In this document: piece by piece, positions 11,700 through 23,571 of the stretch
Layout of the letters: each line of letters opens with the position of its first letter
Numbering within the stretch: the stretch's first letter is position 1
Assembly (NCBI GenBank): GCA_038496445.1
Contig: JALMLS010000379.1
Location: 64,214-128,213 of the forward strand
DNA length: 64,000 nucleotides
Direction of reading: 5' to 3'
From: Trichosphaerium sp. ATCC 40318
Taxonomy: Eukaryota > Protista > Tubulinea
Program-made: the position numbers and the translations under genes
The notes under the pieces: model-generated
The model's input: only the letters and a program-made list of their open reading frames with translations
The model's database searches: none
What the model was told of the DNA's origin: nothing

Positions 11700-14600
11700 T
11701 TAAAACCCTTCAATTTTATCATACCAATTGCGTAATTGGGTGAGGTTATCTTTAATGTCGTCGTAGTTCTTACATTTCTCTTCAAACCATGTTGTGGTAC
11801 GACCACCGCCAAGATGGAAAGGATTGAAATTGTACTTAGTAAAGATAGACCAACCAGTAGAGGAAGTAGCGCCAATAGGATTAGCATACCAACCTATCAA
11901 ATGTAAGAACTTGTATGGTAGATTTCTTGTTTGTTGAAAACACGTGACAGCAAAAAAAACCGCACCCCATGGAATAAAGAATCTAGCATTTGCGTAAAGG
12001 TAAGATCCATCTACTTGCATAAGACCACCACCGCACCATGTGCCATCATCGCAAGGTTCCATCTAGTTTACATAAGAAACAAGAACAAAAAATGTTGTTT
12101 CTCGTACTTGTTTGCTCATCCAGAATAGCATGTTGTCTGCATCCTTGGTTAAGCTGGCTGCCCAGTCTGTTTTTCCTTGTCTATTATATTCATCTGCAAG
12201 TTTACGGCACATGTTTACAGCACCGAAAGACCATTCACCAGACCATATTGGATTAGTACCGTGCTTTACAGTGTAACCTAAAATATTCCTTTAGATTTTG
12301 TACTTTTTTTTTTCGAATTCAATGAGCTCAGAACACAAAAACTTAAAGGTATTTTATAGGATCAGGAGGAAACGTACCGACGCCAGCCAATTCTCCGTTG
12401 AAGTAAACACCAGACAATTTCTTGGCATTTTGCCAAACTTGATAAGCAGTGATACCGAGCTAAAGAAAAAAACGTGAACACAAAGTTTGCACGATAAGAT
12501 AAAATCATATTTAATTCTTACGTCACTGTATGACTCATCAAAGATTTTAGATCCAGTTACTGTCATACCCCAAGTCTAAAAACATAAAAAGTTATTATGA
12601 CGTCAACTTTAAAAAATCACAACAAAAAGATATTTATTTTTCAATAAAAAAAAGTTCGTTATCGGTACCTGACAATCAATAGCGTAACCTTGTGTTCCGT
12701 TTTGAGGTGTAAAACTACCACCAAAAGTGACGTGTCCACCTTGGAATACATACTTCATGCCCTCTGTACGAAGATGTTAAAAAAAATATCGAACAACAAG
12801 AAACGCTTTTTGTACCTATTTCATAACCAGGCATCACAAGTTTGGACTTGAACCAACTTAACAAACCGGCTTGCATGTTTTTAACATCAGTTAAACCTTG
12901 AGTAAGAACAGTATCTCCACCACCGACATAGTAAGTCTCAAGTGTATACTCGAGAGCAAGAAGAGCAGCGTAAGCAGAAAAGTTGTTTTCGTTTGATACG
13001 TTAGTTGCCTCATCAGGATCAGCTGGGAACATTTCCGTTCCTATGGTTAGGTAGTTAGTTTAAGATGATATGGATAGTTAAAATGTGTACCGAGTGGGCA
13101 ATGGTAAAGAGAACCAAGTTTTGTTGCAAGAGCCTTCATGGCTGGTAAGATACTCAAAGCGAGTTGGACTTCGGCTGGAGCTTTATCAAATGTCTCAAAC
13201 TTGGTAATATTCGAGCATTCTTTCAAATACATCACTTGAAGAGGTCCCAAAATAGCACCCCATACGTTTTCTCCAGTAATAGGTTTCCTAAGAGAGCATT
13301 AAAGAAAGAAAAATTGAAGAAAGTCGTTTTGTTGTCGTAACAACTTAAATCCAATAAAAACGCACCAGTCATTCCAATGAACCATACCAGCAAGATTCCA
13401 AGGTGTAGTGGTATCATTGTTAGGTCCTGCTGGAGGAACTTTCCACATCCAACCTTTCTGCCGTGAGAAAAATAGAAGTACAAAAAAATCACGTGTTTTT
13501 TAATACTTACCGTAGTCACCGCTTACTGGGTCGTGCATTGCGTATTTTGGTCCTATCATACGATAAAAGTAACCACCGCCAACTTTTCTTTCTGCGACTT
13601 GGTCGCAACATTCACCACAACACGTTGGATCTTGTAGTTTTACCTGTAATGAAAAAAAAAGGGTTACGTGACAATTCGTGTTAACTTTACGACCAAAAAG
13701 AAAAGACTTGTGTAAAACAAAAACTTACGTGTGACATGTTCCCTGGTAGTTTTACTGATGCCAAGGCATCTCCAGATATTTTACTTGCGCCATACTTATA
13801 CCTATAAAAGAGAAAAAAGGGTAAGTCTTTGCCACCCTTTTTGTTCAAAAACGGAGACAAAATACCTTGAAGCGATGGCTCTAATTTGAATTAATCCGCC
13901 AGCTTGTGCGTTAGCACCTGTAGTAGATTGATAAAGGCTGGAGCGAAGGTAAAGCTCAACCTATTTTTGTCAACCAACTTTTTTGGGCAGTTGTTAAAAA
14001 TACGAACCAATCCTGCGTATCCTTCAAGAGCAAGGGCTACACTCCACACACCACCATCGTATAAATTCAAACCGACGTTAGTCAATGTACGTTCTTGTTG
14101 AGCAATAGCAGAGTCGAATGGTAGCATGTTACCGAAAGGATCAAAGGCACCTGACATAAGAAGTTAACTCCTGAAAATAATTGGACATTTCTTTAAACTA
14201 TTGCAAAATGAAGTACTTCACTTTGTTTTTATTTTTATCGAGTTAAAAAATATGCGTACCGGAAGCAAGGTATGTTGGAGAATACCAGAATGATTTACCA
14301 GTGCATGGTATCATGTCATTGTAACTCTTTGGCATGCCATCCTTAATAAGGGCAATGAGCCATTGTACTATAATATCACGTGAGCAATCATTAAATGCTT
14401 CGACACTACAGTCATCTCCTATTTTTTTGTCTGGGAGAAAAGCATACCTTGTGGATTTACAGTCATGTTGACCTATAACAAGCACGTGAGCATAGAGGAA
14501 TATCAAAAGGAAAAAGCAAGAGCGGAGATGTTTTTACGAAAAAAGAACGTACGTATTTATCATTTGTCTCAAGCTCATAGTCGTAGGCCTCATACGTGTA

Positions 14601-14854
14601 CAGGCATTGTGTACCTAGGATACGAATACTGTTAGTTTTACAAATTTTTTTAACTTGCTCGTACCGGTCATAGCGTTAAGAATTTTTTCTTGTTGTTTTA
14701 GGTACAACTGTTCTTCAACTAGACCCATTTTGTAAGCTTCTGTAAGAAGTTGTAATTTCTTGATGTGTGGGTCATCTAACACTTGGCGAGGGCTTAGAGA
14801 CGCAGATACAAGTACCGCGCATAGCAACACAAGCGCAAACGTGGTCAGTCTCAT
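11700..14854 (-). CDS. large secreted protein with SHOCT-like N-terminal segment; possibly six-hairpin glycosidase-like / kinetoplastid GLP1-like
   Basis: Signal peptide MRLTTFALVLLCAVLVSA; about 16 exons; motifs NLYDGGVW, SNENNFSAY, AIDCQTWG, IWSGEWSFGA, RFFIPWGWYANP, FNPFHLGGG. Gene is solid; family assignment is from memory and tentative. Confidence 0.65.
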
Positions 14855-15114
14855 TGTGGAGCGTTTGTAAATAGAAAAACCCAAAGCGGAAAATTCTTGA
14901 ATTATTGCGGAAGAAAAACAAGAAATTTACAAAACATCTTATTAAACAACAACGAAGCAACTCTTGATATTCTCCGTCACATGATACGCACGTGACATAT
15001 TCTAAATAGAACAAATACCTATTCGAAAAAAATTTAATGTGACCCTGGAAAATCGAGCAGCCCTGGCACAGAGTGATTCTTTTTGCGTTGCCAAACCATT
15101 ATTATCCAATAACC

Positions 15115-16377
15115 ATGGCCGAACAACCAAGTACCCTTAGCCATATGGCTAAACGCGTCAATGCTATCCTCACACAGGATGTTCCAGACGAGCCTTTCCC
15201 TGCAGATGGTAAGGCTGCATGGAGACGCCTAATGGTACGAAATGGAGAGCTACTAGCGCGACACAAGTTGAACGCAGTGCCTTTTGTGATCTGTAAGAAT
15301 ATCTAATTGTTTGTTGTTATAGAGGGGTAATAGACACTTTGTTAGAGGCGATATGGGTAAGAAACGAAAAAAAAAAATCCAAATTTGTATGTTTGCATAG
15401 CCCTAATTTTCCATTCTAGTGCGTTACCTTCGTAACATGGCTGATGAGATCAACGCTACTGCGCGGTACGCCTAGTGCACAATTTGTCCTTTGTGCAAAC
15501 CGTAGTGGAACAAAAAAGTGTAACGACTTTTCAGAAAAGAGCTTACAACTGGCCAACACCCTTATGCTACTATTATCACGTGCTCAGATTCGCGTGTTTC
15601 TCCAGAAATTATTTTCGATGAGGCAAGTTAACGTATTTGAACGATATGTCTAAAATACCCCTAGGGTCTAGGAGAGATCTTTATCATTCGCGTTGCTGGT
15701 AATGTCGTTGATAAGATAGCTTTGGGATCGATAGAATACGGCGTTGAACATCTCCATACCGTGAGTCTAACAATTTTAAACAATCCTAACAGTGTTTAGC
15801 CTCTTCTTCTAATTCTTGGGCACCAAGGCTGTGGTGCTGTAACGGCAGCGATGCAAGAAGGACCTGAGCCATCGCCTGGTGCGCTGTATAGAACGAAACT
15901 CAGTTTCTAACTAATTGTTTGTTAGGCATTGCCGCAATCTTGAAAAAGATAAAGTCAGCTGCAGCAGAATCGCTCGATAAGTACAGCTGGGAAACCGAGA
16001 AAGAGCAAGCGCTTGGTAAGACAAACCTTCGATTGAGAAATAAAACCTAATGTTTGTTTAGACCACGCAGTACAACTGAATGCCTTAGAGACAATGCAAG
16101 ATATTCTTAACCAATCTGAAGTATGCAAGAGGCTCGTTGATGAGGGAAAGCTTCTTATCAAAGTAGCAGAATACTATCTCGATTCTGGCAAGGTAAGATA
16201 ACGTTAGCAACAGCTCAAGAGCTAATAGTTATACAGGTTGTAAATTTAGACACAACCGATGCTATGGATGAGATTGGTAGTCAAGGCAGTAACGCGAGTA
16301 ACGCGAGCAACAAGAGCAACAAGAGCGACAAGAGTAACAAGAGCGACAAGAGCAATAAGAGCGACAAAAGTGACTAA
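15115..16377 (+). CDS. beta-class carbonic anhydrase
   Basis: QHPYATIITCSDSRVSPEIIFD, RVAGN, GSIEYGV, LGHQGCGAV (Cys/Asp/Arg and His-x2-Cys zinc motifs) across 8 exons. Confidence 0.95.
16288..16374 (+). repeat. coding 9-bp tandem repeat (AGY-RAC-AAG-like) giving an (SNK/SDK)n tail
   Basis: agtaacgcg agtaacgcg agcaacaag agcaacaag agcgacaag agtaacaag agcgacaag agcaataag agcgacaaa agtgac just before the carbonic anhydrase stop. Confidence 0.9.
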
Positions 16378-16903
16378 CGACAAGTAACTAGAACAACAAT
16401 CAAGTTTAGCAAGCATCACGTCAACAACAAAATAAAATCACTAACAATACAGAAAACGGACCCTAGTCGGTATAAACTTGCAGTTTTATTAATATTAGCT
16501 TTGTTTTTTTTCAGGAGTTGTTGGTTTTTACAATCCACGTGACTGTGTAGTAAATATTCACGTGCACCATTTTTTACTAGCCAACTCGCTGATGTATTTT
16601 TTTTCTACAAGCAGAGCGTTGTGAGCACGCTGTAGCATGTGGGTGTAGTCAGTCAAGATTATTTACGACAAACAGAAAAAATCGTAAACGTGTCTTTGGA
16701 CTACTGCTAAAGCGTGCCACATTTGCCTTTTAGGTTTTTTGTTTTGTGTTGTTGTTCGGGGTGGTATTAGCCTATTTAATGAGAGGTTTGGTAATATTTT
16801 TTTGTTGTGTAGGGCGTTGGAATTTGATGATAAACGTAAAAGTCAGTTGATGTGAGACAGTACGTTGGTATGCCATCAATCCTCCTAGTTTTTTTTTGCC
16901 TTT

Positions 16904-17323
16904 CTATCTACTATTCCGAAGTAGGACCTTATCACCGCTCCTTTTCTTTTTAGGTCGTTTCTTTACCTTGTTCTCCAAACTCATGTCAGCAATTGCAGCT
17001 GTAATACGCTCATATTTGACTACGTTTCGCGCTTCTATATCATGTGTGCTGTGTGTAAGTTCCGCTGTCCTCTTTCGTAAGCGTTGGTATTCCCGCGTTA
17101 ATTGGCGAAAGTGCGCATTGATTTGGTCTGTAAGGAAGTTAGACACAAATAAAATTTGTTTAAAATGCGTACCAAAGCTCATAGGCGCGTTACATGGTGA
17201 CTGGTTATCGCTCTTAATGGTATTTGGTGATACGACAGTACTTGTAGTAGACTCAGTAATTTCGCCGTTTGGATTAGTTATACGAATAGTGCAGAGGTTA
17301 TGGGCACTTTGTAAAATCATCAT
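16904..17323 (-). CDS. small hypothetical protein with coiled coil and basic NLS-like C-terminus
   Basis: ATG ATG at 17323, one clean 45-nt GTACGC...CTAAC...CAG intron, helix FRQLTREYQRLRKRTAEL and KVKKRPKKKR. Confidence 0.55.
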   Translation of the reverse strand: MMILQSAHNLCTIRITNPNGEITESTTSTVVSPNTIKSDNQSPCNAPMSFGTHFKQILFVSNFLTDQINAHFRQLTREYQRLRKRTAELTHSTHDIEARNVVKYERITAAIADMSLENKVKKRPKKKRSGDKVLLRNSR

Positions 17324-17508
17324 AGGCTGGCTGTGTTCGTTGATGAGTTGTGTACTTTGGGCGGTAGTGGTTTTCACTGTCAAAATCGTTTGGGCAATAA
17401 CTCGTTTCTTCAGCTTGTTTCGAAGAGTTTACGTCGCTCAACTGCCCATACGGGAAATTTACTGGAATCTGTGGTTGTTTTAGTTTATTTAAAAGCGAAC
17501 TCTTCATT

Positions 17509-20212
17509 ATGGCGCAGGAAAAGCAAAAGTTAGCTATGATTATATTATCTAAGCACTTTGGACCCATTGTAGCGGTAATTATATGAATTGTAACGAATCT
17601 TATTTAATTTGAAAATAGAGTGTTGGAAACGTCCTAGCAAGTAATATGAGGCAAACAGACGTTACAATTATCGAAACCACTAAACTGCCTCGAGAAAAGG
17701 TGCGTAGTTAACCTTTTAATACCAAAACACTTCGTTTCGCTTTTAATAGCCTCAAGCCCGTTACTTCTGCTTTGCAAAAGCTTTTTTTTTGACTCTTTAG
17801 CGTTAACCTTCTAAAAATACGTTCAAAGGTAGCAGAAGCGCTAGTTGTTGGGATTGTACATAATTTTATTACATTTGAAACAGTATCTGCTGTACATGGG
17901 CCAGGTGGAACAGAAACTTATTACAAAATTGACTTGGATAATGTTCTCATTCGATTACGCTTTGCAAAGCTTGTTCAAATCGCAAAAGATAAATATGGTG
18001 ACCACGTGCGTTCAAACAAATCCTACACGTGACATACGTGGCTCAAAAATGGCAGGTTTGTTAAAGGTTTTTTTTTGTTTTAGGCAGAATTGATCATTGA
18101 AGAGTTACTCAGCATTGGTACTTGTAAATTGGCGAGATTGATAGAAATATGTAAAGAAATAAGAAAGGAAATAACTGAACAGCACTACAATGGTAAGGAG
18201 ATACAAAACAAGCATGTCAAAACAATATTTTGGCGATTCCTGTTTTTTCAAAATGTGTCAAACAATACTGACATATGTCATTTAGAGGAACAAGAAAATA
18301 ATGAGTTTAATGAAATCTTGGCACATTTGGTACTTTTTTTTTAAGCTTGAGCTAGCATTCAATTCTTAATTTAGCTTTGTTTAGAAGCGTCAAAGGTTTA
18401 TCACAAAGGTTGGCGAACCAAAGAAAGCAGAATCAGACGATAAAGATAAAAAGGGAGATAAAAAGAAACCGGGTAAAAAAACAGCTACAAAGGTAATAAA
18501 ACGCATCAAAAAAATAAATTTCAATTTCGCTAACGTTTTAACCTGTGTTTAGAAGCGTAAGCGCGATACAAAATCATCATCACCAAAAAAGAGAGCAAAG
18601 AAAACGTCTAAGAAACAAGCCAAAGAATTAGAAGAGAATGATGACCACATCGCTCCAGAGATGAGATTTGCTCATCTACTTAACCCAGATGCTCCTCCAC
18701 CACCAGAGGAGCTAGTACGTGGTACGCTAATCTTTAACAAATGAAGTCTTTTAGTCTTCACAACATTCTTTTATATTTATTTTGAGTAGCTCCTGTGGCG
18801 CCAAGGAAACCTAAATCTAGAGTTCCAAATGCCGCATTAGACGATGCTGAGTGGAGGGTTAATTATGCGCGATTCAGTTACGAAAGTTGTATTGAGGTGA
18901 GCGATAAAAACGGTTTTGTTCCTGCTCTATTTTATTCTCATTTTTTTTTTTTAACTCTTTTTTTTAAAGCACTGTATTCGCTGGGTTCAGAGAAGACTTG
19001 ATTCAAAGAGTGCTAGGATTATAAGAGCTATGTTTAGTGTTATTGAAAGGGAAGGAACAAGTGCAAAACTAGGTATTATTGTTACTGTCGTACCTTAAAT
19101 ATTAACCCTTTTAGCTGTTGTATCTGATAAGAAAATCTACAGAGCACTATGTGATATTGATGCCAGTCGTCAGGACTCCAAACCTGTGACACTCAGTGGT
19201 GTACAGCATTACTTGAGTATTATGGCATCTGATGTTACAAGAATTGTGTTGGCTCAACCTGCCATTAATGATAGCAAACAATACACAGCCAGTATCCCAA
19301 CAATAATTTTTCTTTTCATTCTTCTATTACCTCTTATTTGCGCACTTGTTTGCTTTCACTCTTTCTTTGATATCAGTGGTATGGCTGCGCGAATAAGAAT
19401 AGCAGAAGTAGAATCCGTAGTTAGAAACAAGTTTGGCGTAAGAAGCTTGCGTTTGTTCAGACTCATTAGAGAAAAAAAATATATTGAAGAAACTCAGGTA
19501 AAGAAGCAGTTTATTGTTTATTCGTAACGTTCTAAGTACTTTGTTTCTTAGATTGCGGATTCAGCTATGGTTCCTATACAAGAGTGCAGGGTTGCTTTGT
19601 TCAAAATGTTACGAGCAGGATACCTTCATCTTCAGGTACAAGAAGTGGACATTATGTGAAAAAAGAATTTATTTATTGTCGTCAAACCTTCTCTCCCATG
19701 CTCACGCTTTTCCAAATTAGGAAGTACAAAAAGCTAGAAAGGATGGTAAAATACTATGCTTGTGGGCTGTTAAATTACCAGGTACTTTTAACATACCTCT
19801 ATTTGCGAAAGACTACACTCCAAGTCTTTGAATTGTTTTCCTAATTCACAACGCTTACCCTCTTTGTTTTTAACTAGAGGTTCAATTACTCGTTCTGTCT
19901 GAAGTTTATAGAGCAATTAAGAACCTAAAATTACGATCTGAGCATGAACTAGAAGAAATGACAGGTACTGTACAAGCCTCTTTTTTTTGTTTTCTTCAAG
20001 CCATATTCGGAATTCCTTGTTTTTGCTCATCGCATCCTGTTTTAGAGTTAAATGGTAAAGCTGAGGCAGCGTATAATAATCCAGAGGAGGTTACGTTAAC
20101 AGAGCAAGAGGAAACGCAAGTACAAAACGCGGAAATCTGCCAACAAAATATTGAAAACGCTATTCTGGCACTAGATGATACATTAATGACACTCCGAGAC
20201 TACCCATCGTAA
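17509..20212 (+). CDS. POLR3C: DNA-directed RNA polymerase III subunit RPC3 (C82/RPC62)
   Basis: LSKHFGPIV, LIRLRFAK, AELIIEELL, WRVNYARF, ESVVRNKFGVRSLRLFRLIREKKYIEETQI, LHLQEVQK, LDDTLMTLRDY; about 15 exons. Confidence 0.9.
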
Positions 20213-20337
20213 TTAGAGAAGTGTTCAGGCACAAAATAAAATTTGAAGCTTTTCGGTTCCAGTACGCAAATTGGGTTATAATATTGTGGTAACGCTTGTA
20301 TTGCGTTCAAAAGTACTATTTAATTAAACGGTGAATT

Positions 20338-20709
20338 CTACATGGAGATCAGTTTCGAGACTAATAGTGCAAACTCTTCTACATTCAGCTTGGCGTCATC
20401 GTTCTTATCTATAGACGCTAGAATCGCCTTACTTCGGTCTGGGCTTATAACCATACCCATTTTTCTATTTTTTTAGTGTTAGTTTTACGCATTACGCTAT
20501 TGAGAGGTTGTTTTTGGCGCTTTTAGCGCTAAAATAAATTATTGGGCGTACTTGTACAATGCCTGAAGTTCAGTGGAGTCAATTGTTCCGTCACCATTTG
20601 TATCCACCTCTTTAAACGCTCGCTCTATTTCCTCCTTTGTCACTAAACTAACAATTAATTCAAGTTTACCCAAAACAAGTGTTTATTCCAACAATGTCGT
20701 ACAACTCAT
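20338..20709 (-). CDS. small two-EF-hand calcium-binding protein (~72 aa), absent from the ORF track
   Basis: Three exons give MSLTKEEIERAFKEVDTNGDGTIDSTELQALYKKMGMVISPDRSKAILASIDKNDDAKLNVEEFALLVSKLISM. Confidence 0.9.
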
Positions 20710-21163
20710 TGTAGGGTTTTTTTATAACGTTATAATGGTAGTTTAGCTGTAAACTGTGCTGTTGGATTAGTGGTTTTTTTTATGTATTGACTTGTTTTGA
20801 ACTACGCTAGCAGCCATACCACTTGGTTCATTGGTTATTAAACAAGGCTAAAAAACGACATTTGGGTTTGTTTGTTTGTGTTTTGTTTATTGTTGTGATC
20901 AATCTACTGCAAGCACTGATAAAATACCACAATATAGATCAGGTACAGTCGCGGACACCATGGAATTCCACATTTCGCCAATATTGTAATTTTGTTAATT
21001 TGTACAAATTACAGTTTTTTGTAATTTATTCGTACATTTCGCCATCAGAAACAAAAACAATAATACCACTACTATTACTGTATTCCGTCGGTAATTTTAA
21101 ACCAATATTTTAATATAACAAGGCCCCAACTAACGACACATTACAAAAAAGTCACCAATATCA

Positions 21164-22400
21164 ATGGCGGGCACACGGGCGATGCTATTACAGGAGGCTC
21201 ACCTCGCCCAACAGACATCCAGAATCCCAGACATGGCAAACGCCATGATCGCTCTGGGGAATATGGGAAACGGATTCGATACAGACGAACGCGATTTATT
21301 CAGTCGGGCATGTAGGAAGCGCGTGGGTCAATGCCAAGGTGAGTTTTTAGGTTAAAACAGGCACTACAAAATACCCTATTTTTTTTTCAATGTTTGTTTT
21401 TTTTTGATTTCCTCAATACAGACGCATTTGTTATCACCATAAACGTGATAAATTGACAATCACGTTTATTTTTTTCGTTCCTAACATTAATTGAAAGGAA
21501 AAAAAAAACCCTGACCTGTTCGTTTTCTCTGTTGGAAAAATGTCTTCGCCAATAAAAAAAAAACTTGTACAAAAAAAAAAATTTAAGAAGCAAACTAAAA
21601 AACCGCTCACACAAAATTCAAAACGTGAAAGAAAAATTATCACGTTTCCAAAATATTCCTTTATATTTTATTATTTTTTTTACCCAAGCCAAAAAAAATG
21701 TACGTCAGTTTATTTTGGATACATCCAAACGCATATGGAACGAAAAAAACCGGAAAAACAAATGGACCATTGTGGGTTTTTTTTTCTCTCTTTTTTTTTT
21801 TATTTCGTTTTTTACTCTTTATGTACTCACTCTCCTCTTTTAGCTTCCCTTCGCGCCATAACTACATTACTAGAACGTGAGCGTGATAACAACGAAAGCT
21901 CTGTAAAGCTTGACCTAATCGAAAAATACAAGGATAAACTCTACGCTGAACTTCATACACTTTGTACACAAGTACTTGATGTTTTAGCAAACCGTGTTAT
22001 ACCTGTTACAAAAAATATCGAGGACCTTGTCCTCTACCATAAGATGCAAGGTGATTATTGGCGATACCTTGCGGAGTTTGGAAATAAGTCAAAATGTAGA
22101 GAGTACGCAAATAGAGCACATGCAGGGTACGAGAAAGGTCTTAATATTGCCGCATCAAAATTACAACCAACAAATTGGGTTCGTCTTGGTCTTTTGAACA
22201 ATTTTTCAGTACTTTACTATGATGTACTCGATGATACTCAAGAGGCAGTTTTACACGCAAAGACTGCTTTTGACGAAGCTATAAGGAATATAGCGGAGGC
22301 TAATTTTGAAGAAGAGCCATTTGATCTGACAATGCAGCTTTTAAGAGAGAATATCGCTTTATGGGAGAGGGAACAGCCAGAAGGAGAAAGAAGACGCTAA
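21164..22400 (+). CDS. divergent 14-3-3 protein
   Basis: Exons 21164-21338 and 21844-22400; KMQGDYWRYLAE, RLGLLNNFSVLYYDVL, AKTAFDEAI, MQLLRENIALW. Confidence 0.92.
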
Positions 22401-23571
22401 AGAGTAAGGATTGAGGAGGGAGAAAAAGAAATTGATAGATTACATTGAAGAAAGAGAAGATAGATGGACGGACTTTCTTCTTTTCTTCTTTGGTTTGTTT
22501 TTTTTTTCTTTCTACCTCTCGTACATTGTTGGCTACACGCACGTGTTTTTTGTAAAAGTCATGTTTTTGGATGGACCATGGTTTAAAGATAGGATTGGTT
22601 TATTTTATTGGGAAACCTTAAACGTCAAAGACGTGAACTTATACGTGGGAGTTTTGTAAAAAAGAGAAGAGATAAATTTTGAAAAACGTTTTTTTGTTGG
22701 TACCTCGTTTTCTTTTTTGAATTTCCGTAAGCCTCTACTCACATATACGTAACTTGTTTTAATTGCCCATATCTTAGCAAATTACTTTAATTTTTAGGGA
22801 ACAAACACGTGCGCAAAATAGTTTTTTATTTGTCAAACGTTTGCGATACAAATACGTTACGACGTTTGCGAACTATGTTGCATTTCCATTGTTTCATCAC
22901 TAATACTACTCTTGCTTAACACGATTGAATCTAAACCAACCACTCCATTCAACCCTTCAAAACTCACATAAGTTAACGATAAAGCAATGAAACGTATGTC
23001 AACTAATGCACGACATGGGTTATTGAGCCAATGTATTAGGTGGGGGTACCACAAAATGGGCGTTTCTTGAAATGTACTAAACAATACAACTTTAACAATC
23101 ATGAACCAAGCTCACTTTTTATCGACACGAGGTGGAGATTGGTTACACATTTAAAATAACTAGTAAATCCAATACTGTTAAACCAGCCACCAATTGCTCT
23201 TTTTCGTAATTTGTATTCCGATTTTGCTTCAACTCATATCTTGTACTTCACGTTAATGAGAAAAATAATCTACTTATTTATTAACTATTTACCTCATCGC
23301 ATTTGCCCTCACCAATGAACCCATGCGCCTTATGTCTACGTGTTGTAAGTCAAGTAGAGAAGGTACCCAACCAATCAATAGTATTACTTATAAAGGGCAC
23401 AAAACACTAAAGTAATATCTTGTGGTATCCTACAGTTTTGCAAAACGCCTCCAACATGCAGCCAGTTTAAAGTAACGAAGTGGGAAAAAAACCTGGGAGA
23501 CTGTTTTTTTTTAAAGTTGCATGAATATTTACAATTTTTTTGGGTGGATCAATAGTTTTTCGACTTGATAT

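Noticed and set aside
17298-17567. Minus-strand ORF whose ATG (17507) is 1 bp from the RPC3 ATG (CATTATG)
   Set aside because: Short, no homology, no usable splice into the downstream frame; the ATG at 17323 explains the minus-strand gene better.
21339-21843. 505-nt 14-3-3 intron (long for this window) and the N-terminal part of ORF 21540-22400
   Set aside because: Homopolymer-rich intron sequence; no convincing snoRNA boxes or terminal repeats, and the ORF extension is translated intron.
22411-23500. Short ORFs between the 14-3-3 and WIPI3 genes
   Set aside because: Low-complexity UTR/intergenic sequence with no coherent exon chain or motifs.
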